Of a stretch of DNA of 64,000 bases, positions 61,839 to 64,000 are shown in pieces. Source of the DNA: Nitrospirales bacterium (GTDB lineage: Bacteria; Nitrospirota; Nitrospiria; Nitrospirales; UBA8639); the NCBI GenBank assembly GCA_963422365.1, contig OY729426.1, positions 1,408,001-1,472,000 on the forward strand. The letters are read 5' to 3'. Positions within the stretch are counted from its first letter, which is position 1, and every line of letters starts with the position of its first letter. The notes under the pieces are model-generated. The model did no database searches. It saw only the letters and a program-made list of their open reading frames with translations, and was not told the origin of the DNA. The position numbers and the translations under genes are program-made.

Positions 61839-62344
61839 GAGAACATCTCCATTTGGGACGAATTGCCGGAACTGTCACCTGCCACGTGGCAGTCCGCTAC
61901 AAGACACCGGAAGGCCTCGTTCAAATCCGCATAACGGTCAGTAGGCATGGCGTAATGTTCATCGTGATAAAAGGAGTGCTGATATGTCTCCGTCGCCTGG
62001 TGAATATGAAAATCGTAGAACGGTGGTTGCTCTTCCAGCCGATTTGTATGCTCATGGCTTTTGCCGTTGTAACGTCTCAGCATGAAGGCTTGATTTCGTC
62101 CTTGCGGAATGAATCCCAAACCACAGGAAAAATCCAGTGGATTCAGTTTGTTGCGCCGTAAGTATATGAGCCAATCGCCTTCGCCATTTTGTCTTGGAAA
62201 TCGGCGCGAATGAGCGAAGTGGGAAGATGCTCTGCCGCTTTTGATTTTCATGTTCCGCAAAAGGGAAACGGCAGAGCAATCAATCTGTTTAGGCTCATCA
62301 ATCAAATCCTGTATTTGTTCATTGGTGAGGAAAAACTTTTTCAT
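61835..62344 (-). CDS. Hypothetical His-motif protein (possibly DUF6978-like)
   Basis: LIDEPK, LRRYNGKSHEHTN, FHIHQATETY; family assignment tentative. Confidence 0.65.
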   Translation of the reverse strand: MKKFFLTNEQIQDLIDEPKQIDCSAVSLLRNMKIKSGRASSHFAHSRRFPRQNGEGDWLIYLRRNKLNPLDFSCGLGFIPQGRNQAFMLRRYNGKSHEHTNRLEEQPPFYDFHIHQATETYQHSFYHDEHYAMPTDRYADLNEAFRCLVADCHVAGDSSGNSSQMEMFS

Positions 62345-62371
62345 GAAAGGTTAACCAATCCTATAACAATT

Positions 62372-64000
62372 TTATAAAGATACTCCATACGGCAAGCCGC
62401 AGAACGTAATCCCCATCTGGGTCAATTCCTTCTGGCCCATGAACTTGTGGGTGGCGAAGACGACCGCGGTTTTTTGCTTTTTCTTGGCCTGCCTGGCGAT
62501 GCGTTCGGCACGCTCGCCGTTCAGGGCGGACTCGGCGCTGCGCAGGAAGGCGAGGTCAGGCTCGTAGACCAGATAGAACAGCCTATCGTCGGTTTCATGA
62601 AAAAGGCCGTCCTGACTCCGTGCCTTGCGGGTCGTGTCCGGCGCTTGACCAGTCGCCGTATAGACAAGGTGGCGGGCCAGGGTGTCGTAGCCCGGCAGGT
62701 TTTCTCCGCTGAGCATCTTTTCCGGGCTGATTTCCTCGCCCAAGGTGCAATAGGTGAAACCGCCGCCCAGCCCGTTTTTCAGGGTTTCGTCCTTCGCCGT
62801 CGGAACGCCGTTGATGACGCGGCGCACACGCTCAGCGGTGATGGTGTCGGCGTAGTTTTCGCACTCGACCAGGATGAATTTGCGGTTGCCGTTATCTTCC
62901 GCGTTGAGCGCTAATACCGCCTGTGCCGTCGTGCCGGAGCCGGCGAAGGAGTCCAGGATGATAGCATTTTTATTGGTGGCAAGTTGAAAAATTCGCGTGA
63001 GTAGTCGAACCGGCTTGGGCGTATCAAAAGGAGCTTTCCCTTCATGCAGAGTCTTCAACTCCAAAGTCGCTTCCTTACTATGTCCAGCGAATTTATGGTC
63101 CCACCAGGTATTCGGCGTAAGGCCAGCCTGAGTCTCGGAGAGGAATCTTTTTAGCATCGGACGTCCGGTCCCCGATGTCCCAAACGTAATTCGCCGTTCG
63201 TTGAGCCATTTTTGATACTGGCACTTGTTCATGCGCCAATAACGGTTCGGTGGTGGGTCGAACTTGTCCCCTTTCGGTCCGATGATTGTAAATTGACCGG
63301 CGGAATATGGTTTGCTGGCAGACAGGTCCTGTGCTCTCCAAGGACCACGAGGGTCGTTGTCAGAGTTTTTGTAGTCTGCTTCTTGTTTGGGAGTTCGAGG
63401 GAGCTTATTTACTAAGAAATAGTCAATTGCTCTCGCGTAGCAGATTACGTGGTCGTGCATATCTGACAGAAATCCGGCGGTTACGTTTGAGACGTAACGC
63501 TTCTGCCAGACAATGTTTGCGACAAAATTCTCCTCCCCGAAAATCTCATCCATCATCATCCGCAGATGATGTTGCTCATTATCATCAATCGAAACAAAAA
63601 TCGCCCCGCCCTCGGCCAGCATCTCGCGTAACAGGTGCAGCCGCGGCCACATCATGCACAGCCACTTGTCGTGTCGCTCCAGGTCTTCGCCGTCCACCGG
63701 GCTTTTATCTTTCAGCCATTCCTGCATCAGCGGGCTGTTCACGTTGTCGTTGTACACCCAGCCTTCGTTGCCGGTGTTGTAGGGCGGGTCAATGTAGATG
63801 CAGTTCACCCGTCCGGCGTAGCGCGGCATGAGCGCCTTGAGCGCGTGCAGGTTGTCGCCGTGGATGATCAGATTGTCGTCGAGAGAAGGCTTTTCCCCCT
63901 TCGGCAGACGAGACCCCCGCTTACGTGGGGGAAGGCTTTTTGCAGCGTCCGGCTCAAGCGTTCGGGCAGGCACGCTCAGGTGATGGGCATACACGAGTGG
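62372..64000 (-). CDS. mod: Type III restriction-modification methyltransferase Mod (5' end likely beyond the window edge)
   Basis: IYIDPPYNTG (motif IV), FDTPKP, LDSFAGSGTT (motif I); the frame is open to the window edge. Confidence 0.92.
   Translation of the reverse strand, partial: PLVYAHHLSVPARTLEPDAAKSLPPRKRGSRLPKGEKPSLDDNLIIHGDNLHALKALMPRYAGRVNCIYIDPPYNTGNEGWVYNDNVNSPLMQEWLKDKSPVDGEDLERHDKWLCMMWPRLHLLREMLAEGGAIFVSIDDNEQHHLRMMMDEIFGEENFVANIVWQKRYVSNVTAGFLSDMHDHVICYARAIDYFLVNKLPRTPKQEADYKNSDNDPRGPWRAQDLSASKPYSAGQFTIIGPKGDKFDPPPNRYWRMNKCQYQKWLNERRITFGTSGTGRPMLKRFLSETQAGLTPNTWWDHKFAGHSKEATLELKTLHEGKAPFDTPKPVRLLTRIFQLATNKNAIILDSFAGSGTTAQAVLALNAEDNGNRKFILVECENYADTITAERVRRVINGVPTAKDETLKNGLGGGFTYCTLGEEISPEKMLSGENLPGYDTLARHLVYTATGQAPDTTRKARSQDGLFHETDDRLFYLVYEPDLAFLRSAESALNGERAERIARQAKKKQKTAVVFATHKFMGQKELTQMGITFCGLPYGVSL

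Overview
Bacterial chromosomal window. The gene repertoire and protein styles suggest a Nitrospirales (Nitrospira-like) genome, possibly host-associated (inference only). An intact housekeeping backbone (lipA, peptide ABC transporter, amrB, cyclophilin, peroxiredoxin, scpAB, FAD/Fe-S oxidoreductase, accA, dnaE, nadK, clpC, tsaD, hflX, nth, yicC, gmk, rpoZ, coaBC, tRNA-Ser(CGA), tadA, thrH, cutA, M23 peptidase) is interrupted by four accessory blocks. (1) 1-6.5 kb: a surface-glycosylation cluster of GT-C-fold membrane glycosyltransferases and a DprE2-like reductase; the transferases carry copies of an uncharacterised ~117-aa Cys-containing domain, including a mosaic 351-bp tandem array. (2) 15.0-17.6 kb: toxin-antitoxin remnants and a decaying HATPase + STAS (DUF4325-like) + PIN cassette that resembles a partner-switching-controlled ribonuclease system. 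(3) 46.9-50.8 kb: a decayed island downstream of tRNA-Ser. (4) 58.4-64 kb: a type III restriction-modification operon with two uncharacterised genes inserted between mod and res. The window also has many pseudogenes (several absent from the ORF track), REP/MITE-like palindromes (one apparently in-frame inside mod) and a probable AUU start codon for hflX. No CRISPR array, rRNA, transposase or integrase was seen. All family assignments come from motif recognition by eye, not from database searches.
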